Shown: positions 52,522-64,000 of the stretch, one piece after another | Numbering within the stretch: the first letter of the stretch is position 1 | Layout: each line of letters starts with the position of its first letter | Notes under the pieces: generated by a model | Seen by the model: only the letters and a program-made list of their open reading frames with translations | Databases searched by the model: none | Told to the model about the DNA's origin: nothing | Made by a program: the position numbers and the translations under genes | NCBI GenBank assembly: GCA_904063045.1 | Contig: CAJFCJ010000004.1 | Location: forward strand, 2,411,713-2,475,712 | Length of the DNA: 64,000 bases | Direction: 5' to 3' | Source: Dimorphilus gyrociliatus | Lineage: Eukaryota; Animalia; Annelida

Positions 52522-52592
52522 TCTTCCTCTTTCTCTTTCTCTTTCTCCTCCTCTTCCTCTTCCTCCTCCTCCTCCTCCTCCTCCTCCATCTT
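52522..52592. repeat. Pyrimidine-rich (CCT)n/(CT)n tract
   Basis: Directly visible. Confidence 0.9.
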
Positions 52593-53022
52593 CTCCTTAT
52601 CCTTTTCCTTCTCTTTCTCTTCATCATTTCCCTCTTAGTATCATTTATAAATTAAAAAAAATAAAAACCATTTTTTATAAATAGAATTTAAATATTTTAT
52701 TTTCGTTTCAGATTTTTAACCAATTAACAAGAAAATTTCTAATTGTAAGCATCCTACAGACAAAATAGAACTCCTGAGTCCAAAGAATTGTCATAATCTG
52801 AGCATAAAAAGTTGTTTTATGTTAATGTCTAGCACCCTCATGAGCAGACCATTTTGTAATGTTTTCTGAAATTTTTTTTGTTTTATGTAGTATAACATCC
52901 AGCAGTTTTTTGTTTGTTTTATTATTAATATTTTGTTTGTTTGTAATTTTTATCTTGATTTCCCTTTCTGTTCCTTATCCGCATCTTCTTCATTTTCCTT
53001 TTTCAAAGAAGGTTACTTTATT

Positions 53023-56000
53023 TTAACAGAGTAGTTGACTTTCTTCCTCGTTTGAATGCGGACCATTTTCTGCGATACAACTCAAAAGTGGAGCCGTATC
53101 AACTATTGGTTCAGATGATCTTCTACCAAAATACGTGTTTGTTTCTGTCTTTTTACATTGCGGAGAACTATTCCGCCTTAATAATATATTTTCAATTGAC
53201 GAAAAAATTTGTCGTCTCCTGCAGAAGTCACCCGTTTTTAAATTTTTCATTACTACGGCATGAGGTAAGCTGTGCCGCCTAGGAACATTAGCAGTTTGGT
53301 AAACTGGTGAATTATCTGGAAGACTGTGTCGTCGCTTACCAGTAACGGATCCATTGCAACGTGTAATGTCCCATTTAGGCAAAGGTTTGGCGGATGAAGT
53401 AGGAGCACTTTTCCTTCTATCTACTTTTGAATGAGGAGGTTTTAAACAGTTTGAGGTTTTCGTAGGAGCACTGTATCGTCTTCCACTATCTTCTTCTGGT
53501 TTTAAGAGATTACCTTCTTGACCTTTCTTTCTCCACATCTTTTCGTTGTAGGTGAGATTTCTGATCATTTGTCTAGACAACTTGCCGGGAGCCACATTAG
53601 ACCACTCGATGAAGAGAGGACGACACATGAAGGTGATGAAATCTATATAGTAAATTTAATAATAAACCTAAATACAATATAATAGAGATATATACAGTAT
53701 ATTAAAATTTACAAACTTAAATTGATTGAAGGTTTAGTCTCTCTGTCTCGATCGTAAGTAATAGGAAGACCTAATTTCTTTTCAGAATCTCCTGCAAAAT
53801 GCATATATAATATATAAAATATAATATTTTCCACTTATTTTCATTCACCTTCTTATTGGATGAATTGATAAAGAATTTAAACCTATTTACGTGACCGCAA
53901 ACAATATTTCTAATCAATAAAATGTTACCTCCGGGCTAACTAATTATAGGATTATTATTATTTCTATCACTATTTCTTTAAACTTTTCCGTTGTTTTCTA
54001 GAAATATGTTTCTAGGAATTACAAGAATTGTCTTTAAATCTGGTAAAGAGTCTTTCTATTCTTCCGTTTGCAATATTCACTTCCGGAAGAGGAGAATGCG
54101 CAATACAAAAATCCTAGAATAATATGGACAATGGCGAAAGAGATTGGTGGGAAAGAAAGAAAGAATGAAAGACAAGTGAGTAGAACGGAAGAGAAAAAAA
54201 AGTATAGTATTAAAGGAGATAACATGAATAAATTCTATCTCTAATGGCCAAATAAGCTAGAATAAGCTGTTAGATGGATTGGACAGCTGAAACGAGGGTA
54301 AGGAACAATCCACTGAAAGGTTAACTGGTCACAATGATTGATTTTTTCATGCCGACCTTTTAATTTGAAAACTTTCAAGGTCTCGATAATAAAAGAAAAA
54401 GAATAAGATAAATAAAAGAAATTGTTAGAGAGTTTTTTCAATTACGAATTATCACCAGGCTTTTATTTAATGGGAATCCTAAATGTCTAATTATAGAAAA
54501 TCGTCCGCTAGGAGGCGCATGTGTTACTCGAAGAGTTTTTTCTTTCTTAAGCGAGCTCGCGCGCCCGCTCGCTAAACTTTAGAAGTAAAAAACAATCGAA
54601 CCTTGTAACCAGAATTCATCACACACTCTGTCAGCCCATCTTTGAGCAATCTTCCAAGGTTTACAAGGATTGCCTATATCGGCACACTTAAGCGCCATCT
54701 GCAGGACAAGAATTCGGTGCTGAGTATTGCGCCAATCAATGGGTATACATTTCCTAGAAAGAGTCAAAATTTTTGGCTGTTTTGTTACATCAGTAGCTAG
54801 AATCATCATTTTCATTAAATCCACAACAAAAGAAAATTGTTCGTTATTTAAGTTATTTAGCATGCCACTTTGGCTTATTGTGCCGACGCCCATGCGCCAA
54901 TGGTGCTCTTCCAAAATTGAAGAAGATCCATATAATGTAGCTAGGGGGCTCTTAGTAGCAATTAAAAAAGCCTGATTTACACCAGGATGATCGAGATCGT
55001 GAGTGAATGCTGCTAAAATTACGGCCAACTTTTCCAATGAATTTAAGTTGGGCTCAAGAGCTTGAAGACAACAATGTGATGCTTGAGCAACATCGGCAGC
55101 ATGAGTGCTATTGTGATATGGATTTGTAGGTTTGTAACCAGTTTCTAACAGACAAGCAAACTTCATGAGATTAACTATGTCAATTTGGAAGGTTGATATG
55201 AGCTGATGATAGTGGAAGAGGTGGAGGGCCATTGCCATTGTTGTTCTACCTGCAAGGGGTATACAAAGTTTTTGAGCTCTAGTTTTTTTAAATTGTCACG
55301 AACAATTATGACGGCACGAAATCATGATTAGGATTAATGATGAATGACTTTTTTTTTCAGGATTTTCTCTTTTTTTCGCTCTATCCTTACATCCCTTTCA
55401 AAACCAAGTAATCTTAATTCTACAGTAACATTATCACTATTTAAATAACCTATTCTAGTAATAAAACAGATAGCAAAAAGTATGATAATTATGGTAATTA
55501 AAATGACATAAATGATAAAGCTAATATAATAAAGCTTATGGTAATATCATAAAGATAGGACAATGAAATATTATAATAATGATAACAAATATATAAAAAG
55601 AAAAGTCAATAGTCTATAAAAAAAATTATCTGAGGTATTAAACATGAAAAACAACAAGGAAAATTGATAATTATGCTTTAAGAGTAAAATTGAATATGTC
55701 TCTCTCTCTCTCTCTCTCTCTCCACCTATCTATCTATCTATCTTTCCCCTTCCTCCTTCTCCCCAGCTCTTTTCCCTTTCGTTCTCTTCCGTTCCCTGTA
55801 ATTTTACTTTCTAGTTTTTCTTTGCAGATCGCTCTGTTTACTTTACAAAGTTATTTAGCTATTAGAAAAGTAATCAAACCGATCCATTGGCTGTTTAGTT
55901 GAAAGATTTTTATGCATTGATGCCTTTCCTCTTTACTAAGCGCCCCCTAGATCTACTACTCTGTCCTACAATCTGAATCCTTCTGGAATGACTGACAAAA

Positions 56001-56026
56001 TATATACATTACTCGATAAATTAACC

Positions 56027-56060
<34 letters not shown>

Positions 56061-56482
56061 TGATATAAGTGAAACTCGTGCTTCTTTTAGCCAAGAATAC
56101 ACTTGGGCCTATAATGCTAAGGGCAACTAATTCCAATATATTTTCCATAAACTTCTTTGCAAATATTTAATGAAAATGGAAGCAATAGCAAGATCTTAAA
56201 ATGCCAATAAAACAAATGAGCAGATGCGCCTGGGTTACTAATTTAATCAAATAGGCCTAAGCATCCACATTCTTCTTTCCAACCTACTATTTTCAGCTGT
56301 CTATATATTGAAGGTTACTTTTCATTGACATAAAAAAAGAGTCTTTACAAAATCCGTACACCATAATACCATTTAGAAGAAAAATTTTTTGCAGTTGACC
56401 TATTTTTTTCCCACTTACCGTTTGAGAACTGGTCGAGCACAAAAATATCGAAATTCCAATCGTCTATACCGGCAAGAAGGCG
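53023..56482 (-). CDS. PDE7: cAMP phosphodiesterase, PDE7-like; exons 56482-56419, 55249-54602, 53791-53717, 53642-53023; further 5' exons unresolved
   Basis: DWNFDIF, YHNSTHAADV, HDLDHPGVNQ, LEEHHW, ILATD, LKCADIGNPC, EFWLQ|GDSEKKLGLP, FITFMCRPLFIEW. The four exons total 1407 nt and stay in frame. Confidence 0.92.
54505..54518 (+). promoter_or_regulatory. CTCF-like motif in a PDE intron
   Basis: CCGCTAGGAGGCGC. Confidence 0.45.
55939..55952 (-). promoter_or_regulatory. CTCF-like motif in a PDE intron
   Basis: Reverse complement ATCTAGGGGGCGCT. Confidence 0.45.
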
Positions 56483-58913
56483 CTACAAATGAGAAACAGG
56501 GAATCGATTAATGGTGCTAATTAATTTTTTTTTTTTTTTTGAGGTTCAGTGCAAAGTGTTCGTCATCTTTAATTTCTCCTCCAAGTGGCTTTCATCCTAA
56601 CTGAAGGACAAGATGGTTCTTATTTCCTCTTTATATATAAATAATTTTGTTTGCAAGTATCATTTAGTGAATCTTATACAGTCTATAATCATTTTAAAAG
56701 AACTGCTTTAAAGTAAAAATGTATTTATTATAAACATTGAAAACTTTAATTTAACTTGGATTAAATAATTAAAGAAGAATAAAGACTGATTAGCGTTGTT
56801 ACAAGAATTTCTTATTTATTTTTAATACTAGTATTCTTCATATCTCCCGTCTCACCTTTCAACTTAAATTGAACAAACAATCTGTTTAAATATTATCAGG
56901 CCTGGTTTGTAGTCGTATTTAATAAGCGTAACATGACCGTAGATGAAAGAGGAAATACTTTCTTTCCTATTAATTTTTACATGGCGTATTGATGAACAAA
57001 GGGCTTTTCTATCTCTCTCTCTCTCCCTTCGTCTCTCCTACACACACATACATATTTACCCTTATAACTATACGAAACAATTACTGGAGGCTAGTACAAC
57101 TTTAAGAGGGCACATCTTACACATACAGCAAAGCTCTATCTATAGACTACGTATTATATGATACAATAATAGCAGCAATGTACAGACTATTTTTAAATAT
57201 ACTTATTAGATATACATACATAGAAAATCCTTTAGACAAGCTATACATAGAAATTGAATTGTGTTTACTCTATATATATTTTCTTTATATTCTATCTCCT
57301 CTATATGCGAACAAATTTCTCTAGATAAATATATTCCATACACATGCGTACACAACTAACAACAATGATAACAATCTCAATAATAGACTTTACTCTGCCG
57401 CATAAAGGCAGAAAGCACCCTAATAGGCGTCTTTTCCTAGAATTTTTCTACTCTAATTTTTCTTACTTTGACCAAGGGACGTGCATTTTAGTGCCTCGAA
57501 GACGTCTCCTGGGATATTTGCACTATATCCAATAATTAGAAGAGTCTAGTTAAATTTCAGATTTTTGCAGTACGGTTTACCCTAACGCTAAAGATTTGGC
57601 GTCCGTTTTAAAGATATATAGATATGTATCAACTATATCCTTTGAAAATATTCAACTTAACCTATTGCAAGTCAAAACATATAATAATATTTTATTCAAT
57701 ATCCTTTCTCTTTCTTTCATTTCTCTTTTAACTCTGCCTACTCCTTAATTACAACTGGATTTTCGATCGTATAATTAACTTTTCAATTTCTTATCCAACT
57801 TTTTCTTTTCTCTTTTTACTTCAAGTCTAATGATAAATAAATTTGTCAAAAGCTTAATATTAATCTCAACGTTGATTCTTTCTTTTCATTGCATTTTCAG
57901 TCTCTCTCTCTCTCTCTCTCTTATTCGTCTATCTGTCTGTCTTTGTCTCTCAGTTTTCTCTTTTTTCATTGCAACTTACTTGCTCCCGTTAATTCCTTTC
58001 CTTTTATTTCCCTTTGTATTCTGCTTTTGTATTATCGCTATTCTAATATTCAAATATACTGATCTAGTTTACAGAAAAGGATGATTATTGATTTTTTTCC
58101 CATTTCCTTTGTACTTCGTATGCCATTTTTAACCCTCGTCGGTTCCGAGTGCCAGTTTCTTCTCAAAATACTTCCCAACAGGTAGTAGTTGACACTTGAT
58201 ACATTCTCGAATATGTAGACTTTGCTAGCTTATATCCGACTAATAGGTATAAAGCCATTTTTCTTCTTGTACAAAGGTTTCAGACAGGCCTCTCTAGTTT
58301 TCAGCCTTGAAAGGTCACATCCACATGGTTTAGAAATGATAAAAGTTTTCCATAAAGCAGACAATCGCAAGGGCAAAAGATAATTCGATATAGATTCTTT
58401 TTCTCACGCTTCTATCCTCCTACGTAGAAACGTTGATACACAGGATGGAAACTTGCTGACAGACAAACAGATACGCACACTTATCAACACGCGCGTGAAC
58501 GTGGTTTATCCTTCCATTTAGCCTTTATCAAATGAGACTTACGCCTTTAAACATAGCCCTACTGCCCTTTAATTAGCGATGAAAATATCTGATTGGCTTA
58601 CTTAACACTTTATACAATTAATTGACTGCGCTTCATTTTTTGCAGGTCATGTTAATTGACTGCAGCACTATGTAATCTAAAGAGATACTTCACTCTTGAA
58701 GATGTTTGATGAGAAATCAGTTTGCACTGAACCGGAACCGTAAAAAAATAGAATAAGCTTATTTACTTGAGCTTGTTCAGGATAAATTTGATCAATAACC
58801 ACAGACGAAACCGGCCGTTTCGGAAACCATTTCCGATCGCTTGCAGACCTGCAGAAATTGCACGGTCGGGAGGAGAGAAAATCTGTAGAGAAAATTAGGC
58901 CTAATTATTTTTT

Positions 58914-58926
58914 GTCGCTTAGCAAC
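58914..58926. promoter_or_regulatory. RFX X-box-like motif upstream of the PDE gene
   Basis: GTCGCTTAGCAAC, in a CpG-rich patch. Confidence 0.3.
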
Positions 58927-59327
58927 GAAAAAAATCCGCTTAACCTTCGCTTATAACGATGGAGATGCGGCGTTCATTTGACAAGTCATCTGGAAAAAAA
59001 TAACGGTTTAGAGCCTTGACCTAGATTTATTCGAGGTAGAATTATAAAGTAAAGTGCTTCAAACCCCATCATAATCCTACTTTTATATGTATATATATAT
59101 ATATATATATTAGTATACATAAATACTTGATTAACAGTGATAATTACATAAGAATAAATACAGGTCGCCTATCGACAAGTGTATATAATCAATATCAGAG
59201 TTAACTATATTCAAAGGTTGACCACTCCAAAGGCTAGAAAGATCCGCAATAGTGCCCCTTTTCATGACGAGATAATGAAATATACTTTAGCCGGACACGA
59301 CGTTAAGTTAAATAGGCCTCAAAGCAA

Positions 59328-59335
59328 TGACGTCA
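59328..59335. promoter_or_regulatory. Full palindromic CRE upstream of the PDE gene
   Basis: TGACGTCA exact match. Confidence 0.35.
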
Positions 59336-61278
59336 ATTCGTTGGCGATTACTGGGGTCGAAAAGGGCGGATAATGAAGATTAATTAGAATAGACAACATC
59401 AGAGGAGAATAATGAGAGTGTGGAAACTGGTATAAATTTCTTGCTCTTATGAAAAGGAAATGTTTATTGAGTGGTCGTCTCGACATTTCTTTCTTTTAAT
59501 CTAGAATTCTTCAAATGGAGGATTATTTATAAACATTAGCCACTTACAGATATATACAATTTAACATAAGAGCCTCCTCCTTTGGTGTTTGTTTGGCCAA
59601 CGAAAAAAGAAAAAAACTTTACATCAAAACTAATAAAAAATTTTTTAAATTAATATATTAATTTTTTCATCTTTAATATCAATATATATAATTTTTTTTC
59701 TCCTTTTTCAACCTTCAATTAATTAACCTACGTACACTTTGACGTCTAATAAATAGTTTATTATTTTTTTTTACCTTTAGAGAGAAACAATAGAAGAAGA
59801 GAGATGGGAACAGAGAGATAAAGAGAGAGAGAGAGAGAGATAGACAGATAGATAGATAGACGTAAAGTCGAAAGAGGAGTGAGAGCGAGAGAAAGAGAGA
59901 CTGAAAATGCAATGAATAGAAAGAATATGCCTTTCTGCTCGTTCTTTACTCTTTCTCCCTCTCCTCTCTCTCCCAATTTGTCTCTCTCTACTCTCAACAT
60001 AAAAAGCAAATCAAGAGAATAAAAACCAACAGATTAGCAATATTTTGGAAGGAAATTATCCGTTAAATAGTTTGAAATAATCGAAAACATTAAAGTACTC
60101 TTAAATAACAGATGTTTGTTAGAAAATATAAAGAAAAGTTAATTTAATATGTTACATAAAAAAAATAAAATATGTCTACTTTAATACATATAAATACATA
60201 TATACATACATACTCTATATATACACACTCTATATTAATATAAAAATTGGTTTAATTTTAATAAAAGCATGCCTTTTATTAAAATCTATCCAATACTAAT
60301 TGGCTTGAAAGACGATTTCGGTGAATCTCCATATTCGATATTTCTTTATTGGAAAATATTTAATCAAATAACAAGAGGGGAGGACTTGAAATTATACAAC
60401 ATAAAGATTTTAACCAAGTGGAAAATATAGGTCAAGTAAACCTGATTACATTAAAAACAAAAACATAAAAATCTGGTTATGTACTGAAATATAATAGAAA
60501 AAAATATCTGCAGTACAAATAATACAATCTGCTAACGTCGATTAGTTACGGGGTCGCCGCAAGGCCGATACAAATTGACACCAAATGAAGAAATTAATTA
60601 GGCCTTTATCGTTAAAAAAGAGAGCGAGATTGATAGAAATTCAGAAGCTTCGACTGAAGAGCTCTATGGATAACACAGTTCTTTCGCTAGTATTTTTTTT
60701 TCCACTATAAATCCTGAATATAGTAGAAATAACCACTTCATTCAACATCCATATAACGCATCCGTGCATGAATATGTAAAATATAACCATTCATAAATAT
60801 ACCTAAAAACCTAATATATCCACATACGAATATAGATTCTTAAATGCGGACGCAATCACACACACGCACACATACATACACATACATTCACGTTCAGCCA
60901 TACGCCTCCAGAGCAACGTATATTTGTACTTGTATAAATCTATATGCTTTCAATCTTACAACTAACTCTGTTATCTTGAATAGTCAAATCCTTTCATTGT
61001 ATTCCTGTATTTCTGGGCAATTTTCTTCTATTCGAACAGAATTCCGTAAATAAAAGGCTCTTTTTATACAACTAGGCCTTCTAACGTTTTAATTCGACTA
61101 TCCAATGTAACGATAAAAATAAGAGTAGACGGAAAAAACAAGACATAGTATGTATATATATAAAAAAAAATGCTGATGAGTAGGTTCTCTACTAGATGAG
61201 AGAAACAACTCGTATTGTTATATATACATATTTGCTATCTCGCTCTCTGTGTCGTTTACTCTCTTTTCCTTTCTCTTT

Positions 61279-61297
61279 TCTTTCTCTCTCTCTCTCT

Positions 61298-61339
<42 letters not shown>

Positions 61340-61442
61340 CTGTCCCTGTCTATATATCTCTCTCTCTTCATTTCTCTCTCTCTCTCTCTCACTCACTCAC
61401 TTACTCACCAACCCACTCTCCCCTTTCTCTCTCTCTCTCACT
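61279..61442. repeat. Compound (CT)n-(AT)n-(CT)n-(CACT)n microsatellite
   Basis: Directly visible. Confidence 0.95.
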
Positions 61443-61740
61443 TCAAGTATAAATATATATGTATAAATCTTACTATTTCTGTTTTCCTTTATATCAATTT
61501 TTTTATCCTTTCTCTCTTTTCGTTGCATTTTTTATATAGACGTTAGGCTTTCTGACTTTTGTGAAATATGCTTGACTATTAATTATGATAGTAATAATAA
61601 TAATAGTAATAATAATAATGATAATAATAATAAATGATAAAAGTAAAAGGTATAATACAAAGGGAAAAAATCGCAAAAAAAAATAATTCCACAGGCGTCA
61701 AAAGAATATGAAAAGCCGGTTAAGAACTGTTGAAAAATAA

Positions 61741-61752
61741 AGGTCAAGGTCA
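61741..61752 (+). promoter_or_regulatory. Nuclear-receptor DR0 element
   Basis: AGGTCAAGGTCA, a perfect direct repeat. Confidence 0.3.
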
Positions 61753-62129
61753 TATCTTTGATCAATGATCGGATCGAATAGGATTTAGGCATTTTTTTCA
61801 ATTCATTCACTATCACCCTTGCCGTCAGTCAACAACATTGTTTACATTTAATAAACTTACCTAAAATTTTCTGACAAACAGAACTCCTACTTCCATTGCG
61901 TTTCTACGATAGAGAACGAATTTTGTCTCAATTATAAATTGATTAAATTGCATAAAATAACGTATAACACAAACCGTTGTACAACAAGAGCAAGTATTTC
62001 GCATCTGTCCCAGACATGCTCCCATATCTTCCTGATATTTATCGGTCTTTAGTTTTTTTCAACTACGCTAGTAGCATTCTGCAATCGATAATGGCTTCTG
62101 TCTCTCTTTGGGCATTGATTTTATACTAT

Positions 62130-62145
62130 GAACGCCACCTAGCGG
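62130..62145 (-). promoter_or_regulatory. Near-consensus CTCF motif
   Basis: Reverse complement CCGCTAGGTGGCGTTC. Confidence 0.5.
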
Positions 62146-63762
62146 TCGGTGTCATTGAAAGGTCACGACTGCCTATTGCGGTTCGAATCTGGTTCAGTTT
62201 CTTTTTTCAGTTTATAGTATTTCATTACTAGCTTTTAGGCCTAATTGTTTGCTTGACTTTAGAAGAATAGCAAAAAAGGTGAAGGCAACTGGATGAAATT
62301 TTATCAGAATTACATAAAATTTACCTATCACTTTATCTTAAATAATAAAGTTCTTGAGTAAATTTCATAAAAACTGAAGTAAATAATCAAAAAAAAGAGA
62401 AATTGAGAGAAAAATAGGAAAGAAAAACTTTTTTCCAATAGTTTTTCTAGTCAAACTTGTATCTATTGTATTGTAAACAATCAATATATTATTAATTATT
62501 TAGAGTTGACTATTTCATCTTCCACAGCAACTAGGTTTTCACATGGTAAAGACACATTTTTAGATTACTTAGTCTAACTTTTTATAATACAGTCCTACTT
62601 AGGATATTGCTTACAAATTGTACTTTCGATAAAAGCAAGCTCTAATGAGCATAAGATAGTAGAAGCGATAGGTGCTGTCTCTTCGAGTGTAAATCCTCAA
62701 ACAAACCGCTCTGCGGTTTTATCCTAATGATTCTTTCCAGGTCAGGTCTCTTATGAAAAACATAACGCACTAAACAAATAGGATTGGAGTACAAAATCAA
62801 AAGGATACATAGAGTATGTAGTGTGCATTTGTAGAAATATAAAGATATTCGTACAAGATTCATTATAATCTATATTTGCATCTGTTATATTTTTAAATCA
62901 TCATCATCTCCTTTTTCTTCTTCTTCTTCTTCTTCTTCTTCTCCTTTTCTTTTTTATCACGAAGAAAGAGTGTGCAACTGAGAAGTGTTAAAAGAAGCTG
63001 ATGGGAGGAAAGAGTAGAATAAAGAAAAGATGAAACTGTACTTCATTGATCTACAAAATTCCATCCAGGAATCTCCATCCCGAAAGAGGGAGGAAGGAAG
63101 AAAGGAGCATATTCATAAATTTCTACCAGTTAATTACTTGTTTATCTTTTAGTTTCATTCAAAAATTTCGGACCAACTAAAAGTTAATATAACGTTAATT
63201 ATCAACAGTCCAACTGATGGGAATTCTTTAATGCATTCCAATAAATTTTATTGTCAATTTTCTCATACTTCGTCCATTTTTCATAAGTTTTAGGCCGAAT
63301 CCAGGCAAATTAACAAGAAATTAACCATGTGACAACAACAATACGATTAATAATTCAAATTGAATAAGTAAAATAAAGAAAAAAAATCACGTGATTTAAA
63401 AAAAATGTATTATAGCTTCACGCCTTGACGTCGTCTATTAACCATGCTGTGGGAATGTCTATAATATACAGTATAATAGTTTTTGTTAGCAAGATTAATC
63501 CCCGAAATTGATACGTTCATTGTAAAAGAATAATAATATTTATTATATATTTTTGATATATATTTCGCCTTTGGCGTAAGGTATTTATTCGCTTGAACTA
63601 TTCAAGCAAGGATAATACGGCCAACTGATAATCTATCAACCCCTCCACCCCCTCAAAGTTCCATTATGATTACTAATATTAATATTTCTATTTTATTCAA
63701 TTTTATTTTTTATTAATTCCTTCTCCGTAATTAATATTCTTGAATATCTTTCGAGAATGATC

Positions 63763-63841
63763 TGTCTGTCTGTCTGTCTGTCTCTCTTTCTCTCTCTCTC
63801 TCTCTCCCTCTCCCTCTCCCTCTCCCTCTCTCTCTCTCTCC
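63763..63841. repeat. (CTGT)n-(CT)n-(CTCTCC)n microsatellite
   Basis: Directly visible. Confidence 0.95.
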
Positions 63842-64000
63842 TTTTCAAATGATTTGCCTAACCGCCAATAATAATTATCGATTTATCGAATCCTTCTCTT
63901 TCATTCCATATGAATAATTTGAATTAAAAAGAAAAGGGAGAGGAAAAATGAAATTAAAGTGTAAAAAAGGTTTCTTTTTTATTTTACAAAACTTCTGTCC

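Noticed and set aside
54034-54441. ORFs 54034-54225 and 54241-54441 as PDE exons
   Set aside because: No PDE homology. The exon at 53791-53717 supplies the expected GDxEK..LP sequence in the correct phase.
58804-58835. Two adjacent small hairpins with GACGAAAC (hammerhead-like)
   Set aside because: No upstream CTGANGA core and stem III is too short.
61173-61206. Hammerhead-like CTGATGA-GTAG..CTAC..GAAAC
   Set aside because: Extra nucleotides lie between stem II and GAAA, and I found no convincing stems I or III.
61977-62231. ORF with GPCR TM3-like SLWALILYYERHLAV
   Set aside because: ERHLA is simply the translation of the CTCF-like motif, the start is TTG, and I found no other TM exons or good splice context.
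1-64000. Prokaryote-type systems (CRISPR arrays, operons with RBS, IS elements)
   Set aside because: The sequence is intron-containing eukaryotic DNA. The only regular tandem repeats are coding 12-mers and microsatellites with no spacers.

Overview
Eukaryotic (metazoan) genomic DNA, roughly 70% AT by eye, with short GT-AG introns (mostly 60-100 nt) and many (CT)n/(AT)n microsatellites. The style fits a compact-genome lophotrochozoan such as the annelid Dimorphilus; this is inference and was not verified. I hand-spliced 11 protein-coding genes: LHFPL-family tetraspan (+), UDP-glucuronosyltransferase (-), small bacterial-like SET protein (-), giant ankyrin/coiled-coil protein (+), N-terminally truncated Rb/p107-like pocket protein (+), F-BAR-only FCHo-like protein (+), F-type-lectin/dead-trypsin fusion (+), a secreted acidic/(GKGH)n/poly-Lys/(TPKP)n block protein missed by the ORF track (-), single-exon acyl-CoA synthetase (-), divergent ELMO (-) and PDE7-like phosphodiesterase (-, 5' end unresolved). 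I saw no rRNA, tRNA, CRISPR array or intact transposon. The most notable items are the secreted block-polyampholyte protein, six R-R-x-S-x-P motifs in the PDE tail, a minimal Rb paralog with a CDE/CHR element upstream, and several domain-trimmed paralogs. All exon coordinates, alignments and counts were done by eye, and family comparisons are from memory, not database searches.
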